Shown in pieces: positions 1-8,359 of a DNA stretch of 64,000 bases. Where the stretch lies: the sequence record LC778249.1. One strand, 5' to 3'. Each line of letters opens with the position of its first letter. The stretch's first letter is position 1. Made by a program: the position numbers and the translations under genes. The notes under the pieces were generated by a model. The model saw only the letters and a program-made list of their open reading frames with translations. It ran no database searches and had not been told where the DNA came from.

Positions 1-1
1 C

Positions 2-2137
2 AAAATTCTGGCTAGTGCAAAAGCATTCAAGATTCTGTCCAGTTCTCTGTATAAGTACAAGCAACGCGCCATCATTCGTGAACTGTGTTGCAACGCGGTA
101 GACGGTCATATCGCTCTGGCTCGCACTGGGGTAGATGTTAAGACTACTTTCGACGTTACTCTGCCGAGTGTACTGAATCAACAATTCAGCGTCCGTGATT
201 ACGGTATTGGTCTGAGTGAGGAAGATGTTACCGGACTGTACTGCACTTATTTTGCAAGTACCAAATCGAACAGTAACGACGAAATTGGCGGTTTCGGTCT
301 TGGCTGTAAGTCTCCGTTTGCGTATACCGATACGTTCACAGTGACTTCCTGGCACGGCGGATTCAAGCGCATTTACAGCGCATTCATGAAGAACGGCGAA
401 CCGAACATCATGAAAATGTTCGAAGAAGAAAGCAACGAGCCGACTGGTGTTGAAGTTACCGTACCTGTTAGTAATGATATGCACGTATGGGAACAAGAAG
501 CCGCCCGCGTATTCTGCTCTTTCGAGAAATATCGTCCTCGTTTCGTTGGTAAGTCGATCACAATCAACTACCTGGATTTCGATGCCGATGGTATCTGTAA
601 GGTAGAAGGTGGCTGGAATACTCGCTCACAACATGGTAACGGTGTGTTCGCTGTTATGGGTGGTGTAGTTTACCCAATCCCGAGCGAATACTGGAACAAC
701 ACCATGATCGGGCTGTTTGCTAAAGACAAGTCTTATTACGTTCGCTTCGAAATCGGTGAACTTGATATGACTCCCAGCCGTGAAGAACTGAGTTTGGATC
801 CTGATACAATCGCGTCTATTGACAAGCGAATCAAGATTCTGAACAAAGTTCATGATGTTGAAATCGACAAGATTTTTGCACAAGCGAATGACGTTTTTGA
901 ACTGTATCAGTTGATGAACAAGCGTCTGCCGACCGAAGTGTGGCGTCGAATGATCGATCAACGTGATTTCCATGGCAAGACTGTCCAACAATGGAAAGCG
1001 CATTTCAATAGCTATACTCGTCCGAACATGGATGTTTATTTGCAGAATGCGAGCGTCGGTGTTACTGTTCGCAAGAACAAGATCCGTTATACCAGTAACA
1101 TGGTTGGCTTTGATTCCAATTTCAAGCGTGTGATCATTAACGACTTGAAATCCGGCGCCGGTGAAGTTATGATGGCTCTGCATCGTCTGAACAAGTTCCG
1201 GGTTGAAGGTGCGTTGGTATTCGACGTCGCGAGCACAACTCCGATCGATCCAAAAGATCCTACACGTGGAACTGTTGGTGAAGCACACAAAGAAAACTTG
1301 ATTCATTACCTGGGATACTGGCCGACTAGGATGAAGGACAAAATGATTGTCACTCTGTCCAAAGTTCGCGCCGATGTTCTGAAAGAAATGAAGGACAAGG
1401 GTCTGGTAGAAGTCAAGAAGCGTACCGGTAAAGCCACTAACGTGGTCGTGTACGAAAATGGCATCTACAAAGAAAAACAGATGTACGTGGAAGACATCGA
1501 CGAGCTGAAAGATTGTTATTGGATGGGATATGAGTGGAGCAATCCGCGTCATGTTACTCCGACAATTACTATAGAGACTCTGAAATCCGGTAAGACCAAA
1601 GAGAAATTTGGCGATTGGAAGAGCGTGAATCTGTATAGCTCCGAGCTGATTTCTCAATGGGCTGCTGTAGAGAAGAAAACCGTTTATATGTTCAAGCCTA
1701 CGCACTTCCAACGTGCATGGAAGAACAAGAATATCACTCAGGTATCTCAGGATATTATCCAGTTTGATGTTCTGAAACATGCCGATGCCGTTGACGAAAC
1801 CCACTTTGGTGTGCAAGTCATGGAACGTTGGGTTGGTCGTCTCGAAAGCAACGTTATCACCAAGCCGCTGGTAGATCAGATCTGTAATAACGGCAAAGTG
1901 AGTGAGATCGGTAATTTCTTGCGTCGTGCTCGGAATTCTATGTCAGATCTCAAGCTGACAAACGGCAAAAGTCTGCATGATGCTATTGCAGAACTGGAAA
2001 GAAAAGCGTATGATATCGCATACGTTAAGGTAAAAGAGTTCGAGAAGAATAACCCTCTGATCGTCGCTTATACCAACTCCGTATATAGTATCCCAGATGC
2101 AACTGCGACAAACATTGTTCAAGTTGCTGTAAAATAA
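2..2137 (+). CDS. rIIA: rIIA protein (5'-truncated)
   Basis: Frame open from position 2; GHKL ATPase motifs IIRELCCNAVD, RDYGIGL, STKSNSNDEIGGFGLGCKSPF; upstream of rIIB. Confidence 0.92.
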   Translation, partial: KILASAKAFKILSSSLYKYKQRAIIRELCCNAVDGHIALARTGVDVKTTFDVTLPSVLNQQFSVRDYGIGLSEEDVTGLYCTYFASTKSNSNDEIGGFGLGCKSPFAYTDTFTVTSWHGGFKRIYSAFMKNGEPNIMKMFEEESNEPTGVEVTVPVSNDMHVWEQEAARVFCSFEKYRPRFVGKSITINYLDFDADGICKVEGGWNTRSQHGNGVFAVMGGVVYPIPSEYWNNTMIGLFAKDKSYYVRFEIGELDMTPSREELSLDPDTIASIDKRIKILNKVHDVEIDKIFAQANDVFELYQLMNKRLPTEVWRRMIDQRDFHGKTVQQWKAHFNSYTRPNMDVYLQNASVGVTVRKNKIRYTSNMVGFDSNFKRVIINDLKSGAGEVMMALHRLNKFRVEGALVFDVASTTPIDPKDPTRGTVGEAHKENLIHYLGYWPTRMKDKMIVTLSKVRADVLKEMKDKGLVEVKKRTGKATNVVVYENGIYKEKQMYVEDIDELKDCYWMGYEWSNPRHVTPTITIETLKSGKTKEKFGDWKSVNLYSSELISQWAAVEKKTVYMFKPTHFQRAWKNKNITQVSQDIIQFDVLKHADAVDETHFGVQVMERWVGRLESNVITKPLVDQICNNGKVSEIGNFLRRARNSMSDLKLTNGKSLHDAIAELERKAYDIAYVKVKEFEKNNPLIVAYTNSVYSIPDATATNIVQVAVK

Positions 2138-2140
2138 ATA

Positions 2141-2179
2141 TTGACGTGCGGTCATTCATATGAGATAATGACCGCACGT
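2141..2179 (+). promoter_or_regulatory. sigma70-type promoter inside a 13-bp inverted repeat
   Basis: TTGACG(2141)-17-GATAAT(2164) with TGn; arms 2144-2156 and 2167-2179. Confidence 0.7.
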
Positions 2180-2194
2180 TATGAGAAGGAGATA

Positions 2195-2257
2195 ATGTTT
2201 ATTATGAGAATCAAAAGCGTTAAACTAATCAAACCTGACAAGAAAAGGAAACTGTAA
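2195..2257 (+). CDS. possible 20-aa basic peptide
   Basis: AAGGAG SD, ATG..TAA (MFIMRIKSVKLIKPDKKRKL), ends 1 nt before rIIB. Confidence 0.3.
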   Translation: MFIMRIKSVKLIKPDKKRKL

Positions 2258-2258
2258 A

Positions 2259-3557
2259 ATGGCTAAACTGACTGAACAACAAAAAGCACGTATTCTGGCT
2301 GGCACTCTGGGTCGTGGCGTACTGGCTCGCGAACTGAACATCGGCGAATCCGCAGCTCGTAAAATGATCGAACTCGTAAAAGAAGAAGATCGACTGGCTA
2401 AGGCAAAACAGCCGAGCAACGGTGTTACCGAAGCTATGCGCAAAGAGATTCTGGAAGGCAAACTGGGTCGCACTGTTCTGGCCAAGCGTCTGAATATCAA
2501 AGAATCCGAAGCTCGCAAGATCATCGAAGCAATTCGTGGTAACGTAGCTCCGGCAACTAAAGCCGCACCAGTTGCTAAACCTGCTGTTGTTGCTCCGAAA
2601 GCCGCTCCGGTTGTACCGAAGAAAGAGGACACCCATCTGGGCGCTCGATTTCACGAAGCAGACAAACGAGCTGACGAGCGAGACGCAAAAATCGTCGAAC
2701 TCTATACCACCGGTGAGTACAAGTCCCAAAAGACTGTCGCATCCCTGGTTGGTTGCTCTGAAAGCACTGTTGGTGAAGTTCTCAAGCGTAAAGGCGTAAA
2801 AGCCCGTCGTCCTGGTTCTCCGGCTGTTGCACCGGTTGAGACTCCGAAAGAACTCAAGTGGTTCGCGTCTACCAAGTTCATCAACATCATGGCAGACGGT
2901 AAGACTTACACTGCCGATAGCAGTCACGAACAGTTCCGCAAAGCTCTGGATCTGTGTATCGCTGGTGATGTTCTGAAAGCTCTGGGTCTGATCAACGTTG
3001 CTAAGGGTGTTAGCTCTTATGCTAAAGGTCAACTCAAGGTAGAAAATGATGTTGTTACTTATAAGGGTCTGGAAATTGGTGGTTCTGTTGTAAAGCGTAT
3101 CATCAGCAACATGCACGATGGTAAGCCGTTCGGTCACCTGGTAGCGTTTCTCGAAAAACTGCTGCTGAATCCGAACAAGAAAGCAATCGAAGGCCTGTTT
3201 GACTTCCTTGAGCACAACGACATCGAAATCACCACCGACGGTTTCGTCCATGCTTATCGTCGTTGCACTACCGATTATAAAGACTTTTATACCGGTAAGC
3301 TTTCAAACAAAGTAGGTGAAACGGTTAAACTGGATCGTGCTAAGTGTGACAGCTCCGACGCAACTTGTTCTGCCGGTCTCCACGTAGCAGCTCGACACTA
3401 CATCCCGAACTATCACGGTGGTCAAGGTCGTATTCTGCTGGTACAAGTTGATCCTCAGCATGTAGTAGCAGTTCCGAAAGACTACAAGGGCGCAAAAATG
3501 CGTTGCTGTGAGTTCAAGGTTCTGAAAGACATTACCAAAGAGTTTGGTAAGCACTAA
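2259..3557 (+). CDS. rIIB: rIIB protein
   Basis: N-terminal HTH-like repeats; C-terminal DFYTGK..VG..V..DR..CD....TCSAGLH; follows rIIA. Confidence 0.92.
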   Translation: MAKLTEQQKARILAGTLGRGVLARELNIGESAARKMIELVKEEDRLAKAKQPSNGVTEAMRKEILEGKLGRTVLAKRLNIKESEARKIIEAIRGNVAPATKAAPVAKPAVVAPKAAPVVPKKEDTHLGARFHEADKRADERDAKIVELYTTGEYKSQKTVASLVGCSESTVGEVLKRKGVKARRPGSPAVAPVETPKELKWFASTKFINIMADGKTYTADSSHEQFRKALDLCIAGDVLKALGLINVAKGVSSYAKGQLKVENDVVTYKGLEIGGSVVKRIISNMHDGKPFGHLVAFLEKLLLNPNKKAIEGLFDFLEHNDIEITTDGFVHAYRRCTTDYKDFYTGKLSNKVGETVKLDRAKCDSSDATCSAGLHVAARHYIPNYHGGQGRILLVQVDPQHVVAVPKDYKGAKMRCCEFKVLKDITKEFGKH

Positions 3558-3562
3558 TCATC

Positions 3563-3588
3563 AAAAGCCACCTTCGGGTGGCTTTTTT
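3563..3588 (+). terminator. intrinsic terminator
   Basis: AAAAGCCACC-TTCG-GGTGGCTTTTTT. Confidence 0.9.
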
Positions 3589-3601
3589 ATTTTAAAAAGT
3601 G

Positions 3602-3629
3602 TTGACTTGTGATTCTGAACCAGTATACT
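3602..3629 (+). promoter_or_regulatory. early promoter
   Basis: TTGACT-16-TATACT; -10 within palindrome CAGTATACTG; CACATC downstream. Confidence 0.75.
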
Positions 3630-3658
3630 GAGCACATCAACCAAAGAGAGTAAACAAA

Positions 3659-4225
3659 ATGAAATCATTTAAATCGTTTGTCGATTGCATTGAAGTAGAA
3701 AGCGGTGCACGTGGCAAATCGGATGCTGCGTTTGTCTGCTTCTACTGTGACAAAGTGCAGCCATATATCAATACAACCGACCCGACTTTCCCAGAAGACA
3801 AGAAGCACGTTTGGGCACACAAAATCCTTCTGAATGTTCGTTGGGATTCTCGTTTCGGCTTCCCGGGTGGTATGGTAGATGAAGGCGAAAGCCTGATCGA
3901 AGCTGCGGTGCGCGAATGCAAAGAAGAAATTGGATACACTCCGAATCCAGATCATCTGCTGCATCTTTGCACACACAAGATTCCTGAAAGTGGTATGCAT
4001 TGCCACCTGTATATGTGCCGTGTTTCTGAGGAAGCACTGTATGACATGCAACGTTCGGCAATGGATGCGACCCACTCGCGTATCGAAGCTTTCGGAAACG
4101 CGGTAGCGCATCTGACACCACCGACAATCAAACAAATGAAGCACGCCAACTGTGCTCGTACCGTGAAAGCCGAACTGGTAGAAGTATTCGACTTTCTGGG
4201 CGTTGACTATGACTGGAGCAACTGA
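3659..4225 (+). CDS. Nudix hydrolase, NUDT16-like
   Basis: Nudix box GGMVDEGESLIEAAVRECKEEIG preceded by LLNVRWDSRFGFPGG. Confidence 0.85.
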   Translation: MKSFKSFVDCIEVESGARGKSDAAFVCFYCDKVQPYINTTDPTFPEDKKHVWAHKILLNVRWDSRFGFPGGMVDEGESLIEAAVRECKEEIGYTPNPDHLLHLCTHKIPESGMHCHLYMCRVSEEALYDMQRSAMDATHSRIEAFGNAVAHLTPPTIKQMKHANCARTVKAELVEVFDFLGVDYDWSN

Positions 4226-4226
4226 T

Positions 4227-4448
4227 ATGACAATGAAACTCACTGTACCGCAGATGTACGATCTTATCCGCAAGAGCATTTGCGAGACAAGCGACCAATA
4301 CCGTTTTGGTCAAGCGTTGTTCAACAACTTGCCAACGGAACTGGCGGATTCAATCAGAGGTACCGATAAGGATTTCTTCTATTGGGATAACAAACGTCAA
4401 CAAGAGATCATCCAATACTGTTATGATCATATGACGTTCTCCTGTTAA
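4227..4448 (+). CDS. hypothetical protein
   Basis: GGAG SD, ORF coupled to the Nudix gene. Confidence 0.7.
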   Translation: MTMKLTVPQMYDLIRKSICETSDQYRFGQALFNNLPTELADSIRGTDKDFFYWDNKRQQEIIQYCYDHMTFSC

Positions 4449-4562
4449 TAGGAAGACATTGGAGCGATTCCTAGCGATAGTCTATGCGATGATATCAATT
4501 AGTTAAGGAATCGCTCCAAATCGATTTGATGAATAGATAGTATAATAATTAAACTCCAAAAT

Positions 4563-4691
4563 GTCGCGCCAGCGACTGCGAAGCTAATCTATTGATTTCT
4601 AACGAAAAGACAAAGTAAATTCTCATATAAGATATATAAGAGATTTTATTTTCTCTTTTTGTTACATAGTAACAATTAGCGGCTATGCCGC
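4563..4691. repeat. hairpin-bracketed AT-rich element, copy A
   Basis: Core 4604-4667 matches the reverse complement of 49444-49507 at 58/64; terminal hairpins GTCGC-GCCA-GCGAC and GCGGC-TAT-GCCGC. Confidence 0.9.
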
Positions 4692-4695
4692 AGTG

Positions 4696-4724
4696 TTGAC
4701 ACACGTTAGCTAGTGTGTAATAAT
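4696..4724 (+). promoter_or_regulatory. early promoter for ndd
   Basis: GTGTTGACA..TGTAATAAT; same flanks as the promoter at 49602. Confidence 0.7.
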
Positions 4725-4751
4725 TTGATCTCTACTTAATGAGGTAATGAA

Positions 4752-5258
4752 ATGAAATTGAATACCAATCTCCTTATAGGAAATGCACTGTATATCGGTA
4801 CTCTGTTCCCTAACAAAACTGGCATTCTGGAGTTTACTCCTGGCCAAATTGCTCGGGTACCTGTGAATCACGATCTGACTACTCCTGGTTTCTATCTGAT
4901 CGCTACTTTCCCGACTAATGACGCTCGCCTGCGCGATATCGTTAGCGTAAACCACGTCGGTATTCAGAAACGCAAAACTGGCTTTAAGGAAGTTCTGCGT
5001 CGCTTGAATAATCCGCGTACCGAGCAAAACAAAGCATTGGGCGATTACTTGTGCAAGCGATCTACCGAAATCTTCACCGATGCCAGTATCGTAAAAGCTT
5101 GGCGTGAGGTAGAAGCAAAACATCAAGTGTTCTTCGTGTCCTACGCACAAATGCGCGACCTGCTTGGTATCGAAGAATACAGCGCGAAAAACAACGGTAT
5201 CGCTATGATCACCGAGCTTCGCACCAAATATGACTTTATTGGTCGTCTGAAATCCTGA
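4752..5258 (+). CDS. ndd: nucleoid disruption protein Ndd
   Basis: PGFY...HVGIQKRKTGFKEVL resembles T4 Ndd PGFY...YVGNQRSKQGFSAVL; lies between rIIB and 52. Confidence 0.75.
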   Translation: MKLNTNLLIGNALYIGTLFPNKTGILEFTPGQIARVPVNHDLTTPGFYLIATFPTNDARLRDIVSVNHVGIQKRKTGFKEVLRRLNNPRTEQNKALGDYLCKRSTEIFTDASIVKAWREVEAKHQVFFVSYAQMRDLLGIEEYSAKNNGIAMITELRTKYDFIGRLKS

Positions 5259-5260
5259 TG

Positions 5261-5304
5261 TTGACATCTTCAAACAGCCGTGTATAATATCCTGACTGTT
5301 TGAA
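5261..5304 (+). promoter_or_regulatory. early promoter for gene 52 with a 9-bp inverted repeat
   Basis: TTGACA-16-TATAAT; TTCAAACAG(5269)/CTGTTTGAA(5296). Confidence 0.8.
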
Positions 5305-5316
5305 AAGAGGTAAAGA

Positions 5317-6633
5317 ATGCAAGTAACTAAACGTGGAATATCTAGTCTAGTCAATAACGAAGCAAAAGAATTTGCGATGTATACCATTGAGGAACGCGCT
5401 CTACCAAGCATGATAGACGGTCTAAAACCGGTACAACGTTATATTCTTTATAGCGTGTTGAAGAATGCTGGCAAGTCTTTCAAGAAGAATGCTGCAATCG
5501 CTGGTGTGATCTCTGAGTATGGTTACAACCACGGCGAAGTTGCTGCCATGGATGCCGCATGTTTGATGGCTTCTACTTGGAACAACAACTTCCCTATTAT
5601 TCAGGGTCAAGGTAACTTCGGTTCCCGAGCTGTGCAAGAGGGTGCGGCAGCGCGTTATATCTTCTGTACCAAGCACGATCAATTCGATAGCATGTTCAAA
5701 GATATGGAGCTGCTGGAAGAGTCTACCGCTGATGGTTCTGAACTCCCACGCTACTATCTGCCGATTCTGCCAACTGTTCTGCTGAACGGTGTTAGCGGTA
5801 TTGCAACTGGATTTGCTACCAAGATTCTGCCACATAGCTTGGTGAGTGTTGCTAAGTGTGTTGAGCAAGTTCTTAAAACTGGTAAGTGCGACGAACCACA
5901 GATTCAGTTCCCGCTGTTCTATGGTAAAATCACTCCTGTTGTCGATAAGAATCAAGCTTGGACACTGGAAGGCTGTTATGAACTTAGCGGTAAAACTAAG
6001 TTGACAATCAGCGAGATTCCAGTAAAATATGATCGCGTTAAGTATGTGACTTTACTGGATAAGCTGGTAGAGACCGACAAGATTGTTGGCTATGACGAGT
6101 CCAAAATGGATGATCGTGAGTTCTGTTTCAAGATCACGCTAAAGCGTGATTTCGATACCAGTCACGAAAACATCATTAAGACTTTCAAACTGGCTCAGAA
6201 TGTGTCACAATACATTCGCGTAATCGATCAAAACGGCGATTTGAAGCCATACGAAAAAGCTTCTGATCTGATTGTTGATTTCGTGAATTATCGCTTCGGC
6301 ATCTTGCAAAAGCGAATCGATAATGCTATTGTAGCAACGACTGAGAAACTTGGATATGCTCAAGCTAAGGTAGAGTTTATCAAGCTTGTGCTAGACGAGA
6401 AGATCAAGTTCCATAAACAGACTCGCAAGCAAGTAATCGAACAGATTCAAGCTTTCGATAGTCTGAAAGACTATGCCGAACAACTGGTGCAAATGAACTT
6501 GTACCACATGACGGAAGACGAATTGACTAAGCTAGAAAAGCAAGTCACCGAGTTGACCAAAGAAAACGACTTCTGGAAGAACACTTCTCCCAAGAAGCAA
6601 TACCAATCTGACATCAAGGAATTTTTGAAATGA
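5317..6633 (+). CDS. 52: DNA topoisomerase II medium subunit gp52
   Basis: RALPSMIDGLKPVQR, YNHGE, GNFGSR..GAAARY catalytic Tyr motif. Confidence 0.96.
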   Translation: MQVTKRGISSLVNNEAKEFAMYTIEERALPSMIDGLKPVQRYILYSVLKNAGKSFKKNAAIAGVISEYGYNHGEVAAMDAACLMASTWNNNFPIIQGQGNFGSRAVQEGAAARYIFCTKHDQFDSMFKDMELLEESTADGSELPRYYLPILPTVLLNGVSGIATGFATKILPHSLVSVAKCVEQVLKTGKCDEPQIQFPLFYGKITPVVDKNQAWTLEGCYELSGKTKLTISEIPVKYDRVKYVTLLDKLVETDKIVGYDESKMDDREFCFKITLKRDFDTSHENIIKTFKLAQNVSQYIRVIDQNGDLKPYEKASDLIVDFVNYRFGILQKRIDNAIVATTEKLGYAQAKVEFIKLVLDEKIKFHKQTRKQVIEQIQAFDSLKDYAEQLVQMNLYHMTEDELTKLEKQVTELTKENDFWKNTSPKKQYQSDIKEFLK

Positions 6634-6905
6634 GTATTTTTTCATTCTGGCAAGCTGCACAACGCCGTGTTCGTGAATTCGCAGGTGATGCTGAACTGAC
6701 TATCGGTCCTCGTCCGCTGACTGCAATTGTTGAGCAACTGGAACAAACTGTTACCGAGCTGAAAGAGCGTCAAGCCGATGATATTGCACAAGTAGAGCAA
6801 CTGGACAAAGACATCGCCGTTATCCAAAAGCGTCAAGCCAACAAGCGTCAAGATGCGGAACGCGCCGGTCGTATCGCACAGAAGTTCGAGGAACTGCTGA
6901 AATGA
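6630..6905 (+). CDS. hypothetical coiled-coil protein
   Basis: Overlaps the 52 stop; heptad-rich. Confidence 0.7.
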   Translation: MSIFSFWQAAQRRVREFAGDAELTIGPRPLTAIVEQLEQTVTELKERQADDIAQVEQLDKDIAVIQKRQANKRQDAERAGRIAQKFEELLK

Positions 6906-7336
6906 TGCTTGCCACTCGACTCAATCGCGCAATGAAGCAAGAGCAAGTCGAGTGGCATTCTCTATGCCGCGTGTTTGGTTTACTCGGCATATTGATTGTC
7001 GCCGCTAACGTCTTCGCAATGTTGCTGGGTGAACCTACAGAATGGGTACTTGGTCTGAAAATCTGGGGTTCGATGTTTATGTTCGGTGCGTATGTCAAGA
7101 CATATACAATCGAAGCAAACAGAATTCAGACGGTAGGCAACAAGTTCAAGCATATTCTGATCTTCGATTACCTCTGCCGCAAGTCTGGTAATGGTGCAAC
7201 TGAGATCGCAGATTTTGCCGCTGAAAAGTTTGATCGTCTCAGCAAAGACGAGCGAAAGAAAATCGAACGTCAACTAAATATTCAACTGTTGACTTTCTTT
7301 GTGATTGTCGCTACCATACTTGTATTCATTGACTGA
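6902..7336 (+). CDS. hypothetical membrane protein
   Basis: Three hydrophobic segments; ATGA coupling. Confidence 0.65.
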   Translation: MMLATRLNRAMKQEQVEWHSLCRVFGLLGILIVAANVFAMLLGEPTEWVLGLKIWGSMFMFGAYVKTYTIEANRIQTVGNKFKHILIFDYLCRKSGNGATEIADFAAEKFDRLSKDERKKIERQLNIQLLTFFVIVATILVFID

Positions 7337-7345
7337 GGTAAAGAA

Positions 7346-7471
7346 ATGCAAAACTTTGTTGCCAAACATGCTCGCGAATTCAACAATGCCGTTGTCATGG
7401 TTGATCGCAAGAAGCAAAGCAAAAACGCCGGTGCTCGCAAGATGAAGCACAAGGGCAAAATCGACTACTAA
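7346..7471 (+). CDS. 41-aa basic protein, T4 arn.1-like
   Basis: GAGG SD; MQNFVAKHAREFN...KHKGKIDY; absent from the ORF track; syntenic with the T4 arn region. Confidence 0.65.
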   Translation: MQNFVAKHAREFNNAVVMVDRKKQSKNAGARKMKHKGKIDY

Positions 7472-7497
7472 TTCAATTCTGGTTTGAGGTATACAAA

Positions 7498-7815
7498 ATG
7501 AAACGTTATTTTCTGTTTCGTGGTAACCATGTGTTTGCCGTTGACTCTGATAATCACGCATTACCGCTCGACGCGATTACAATCTCAGATGGCATTTTCG
7601 AACTCGACCGGTTCGGTATGTTAATGAGTATCAAGGATCGATACTCCACAAAGTTTCGACTGTTTGACAGTGTGAACGCTATGTTCCGTCATATGGAAAA
7701 CGACGGTGATATTGCATTCAAACAAGCAGACGGCATTCAACTGGTTACCATGGACGACATTGTGGAGAAACTGACCCGTGCCGCTCATGACTTTAGTCAC
7801 AGGAAAGATCTGTGA
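7498..7815 (+). CDS. hypothetical protein
   Basis: GAGGT SD, 105 aa. Confidence 0.7.
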   Translation: MKRYFLFRGNHVFAVDSDNHALPLDAITISDGIFELDRFGMLMSIKDRYSTKFRLFDSVNAMFRHMENDGDIAFKQADGIQLVTMDDIVEKLTRAAHDFSHRKDL

Positions 7816-8038
7816 GGGTTTGCCACCCGATTGGCAAGAACAAGAAGTTAAGACGTCGATTCAAATCGACCTGGAAAAATATCAGATGTCAGAGGTTGAC
7901 GTAACCTTAACTCGGGATATTCATAACCGTGTTACGTCAAGCCTAATCGTGCTAAATGACGGACACCAAATTAGATTTAGAGGTAACGCACTCGAAAATG
8001 AGGCGATTACCCTGCGCGAAATAGGCTATGTAGTATGA
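7778..8038 (+). CDS. hypothetical protein (start uncertain)
   Basis: Fills the gap before asiA; ATGA coupling at the stop. Confidence 0.5.
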   Translation: MPLMTLVTGKICEGLPPDWQEQEVKTSIQIDLEKYQMSEVDVTLTRDIHNRVTSSLIVLNDGHQIRFRGNALENEAITLREIGYVV

Positions 8039-8328
8039 ACGCCAAATTGGAACTTGTTAAAGATATCATCGCGACTGTCTCACTTCTAATCAAACTGGAA
8101 GTTGAAGGCGAAATATTGGATACCCAGCAAAATCTTATCGATTTTCTGAATGAAGCTGGATTCCGAACTGTACGTGGGCTTGAGTTCACCAAAATGAGTT
8201 TTAGACAAATGGTCGGTAGACTCACTGATGAAGAACGAGCCGAAGTGCTGACTGAGTTCTCCGCGCAAGAACACTATGAAATGTTGAATGCAATGATGGG
8301 ACCACGCGGTCACGTTGACTTTGCATAA
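8035..8328 (+). CDS. asiA: anti-sigma70 factor AsiA
   Basis: MNAKLELVKDIIATVSLLIK..IDFLNEAG..SFRQMV..LT.EER resembles T4 AsiA; syntenic. Confidence 0.85.
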   Translation: MNAKLELVKDIIATVSLLIKLEVEGEILDTQQNLIDFLNEAGFRTVRGLEFTKMSFRQMVGRLTDEERAEVLTEFSAQEHYEMLNAMMGPRGHVDFA

Positions 8329-8357
8329 AAAGAAAGGGAGCCCTCGGGCTCCCTTTT
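8329..8357. terminator. bidirectional terminator
   Basis: AAAGGGAGCC-CTCG-GGCTCCCTTT between convergent genes. Confidence 0.85.
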
Positions 8358-8359
8358 GT

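Noticed and set aside
626-3251. Long antisense ORFs over rIIA and rIIB (also over rnlA, cca, natV, ligase and dda)
   Set aside because: Shadow frames from strong codon bias; no SD, no motifs, and they fully overlap well-supported genes
7808-7904. Possible frameshift or non-canonical start for 7778-8038 (alternative 30-aa GTG ORF at 7812)
   Set aside because: Start is ambiguous and neither reading is compelling without homologs
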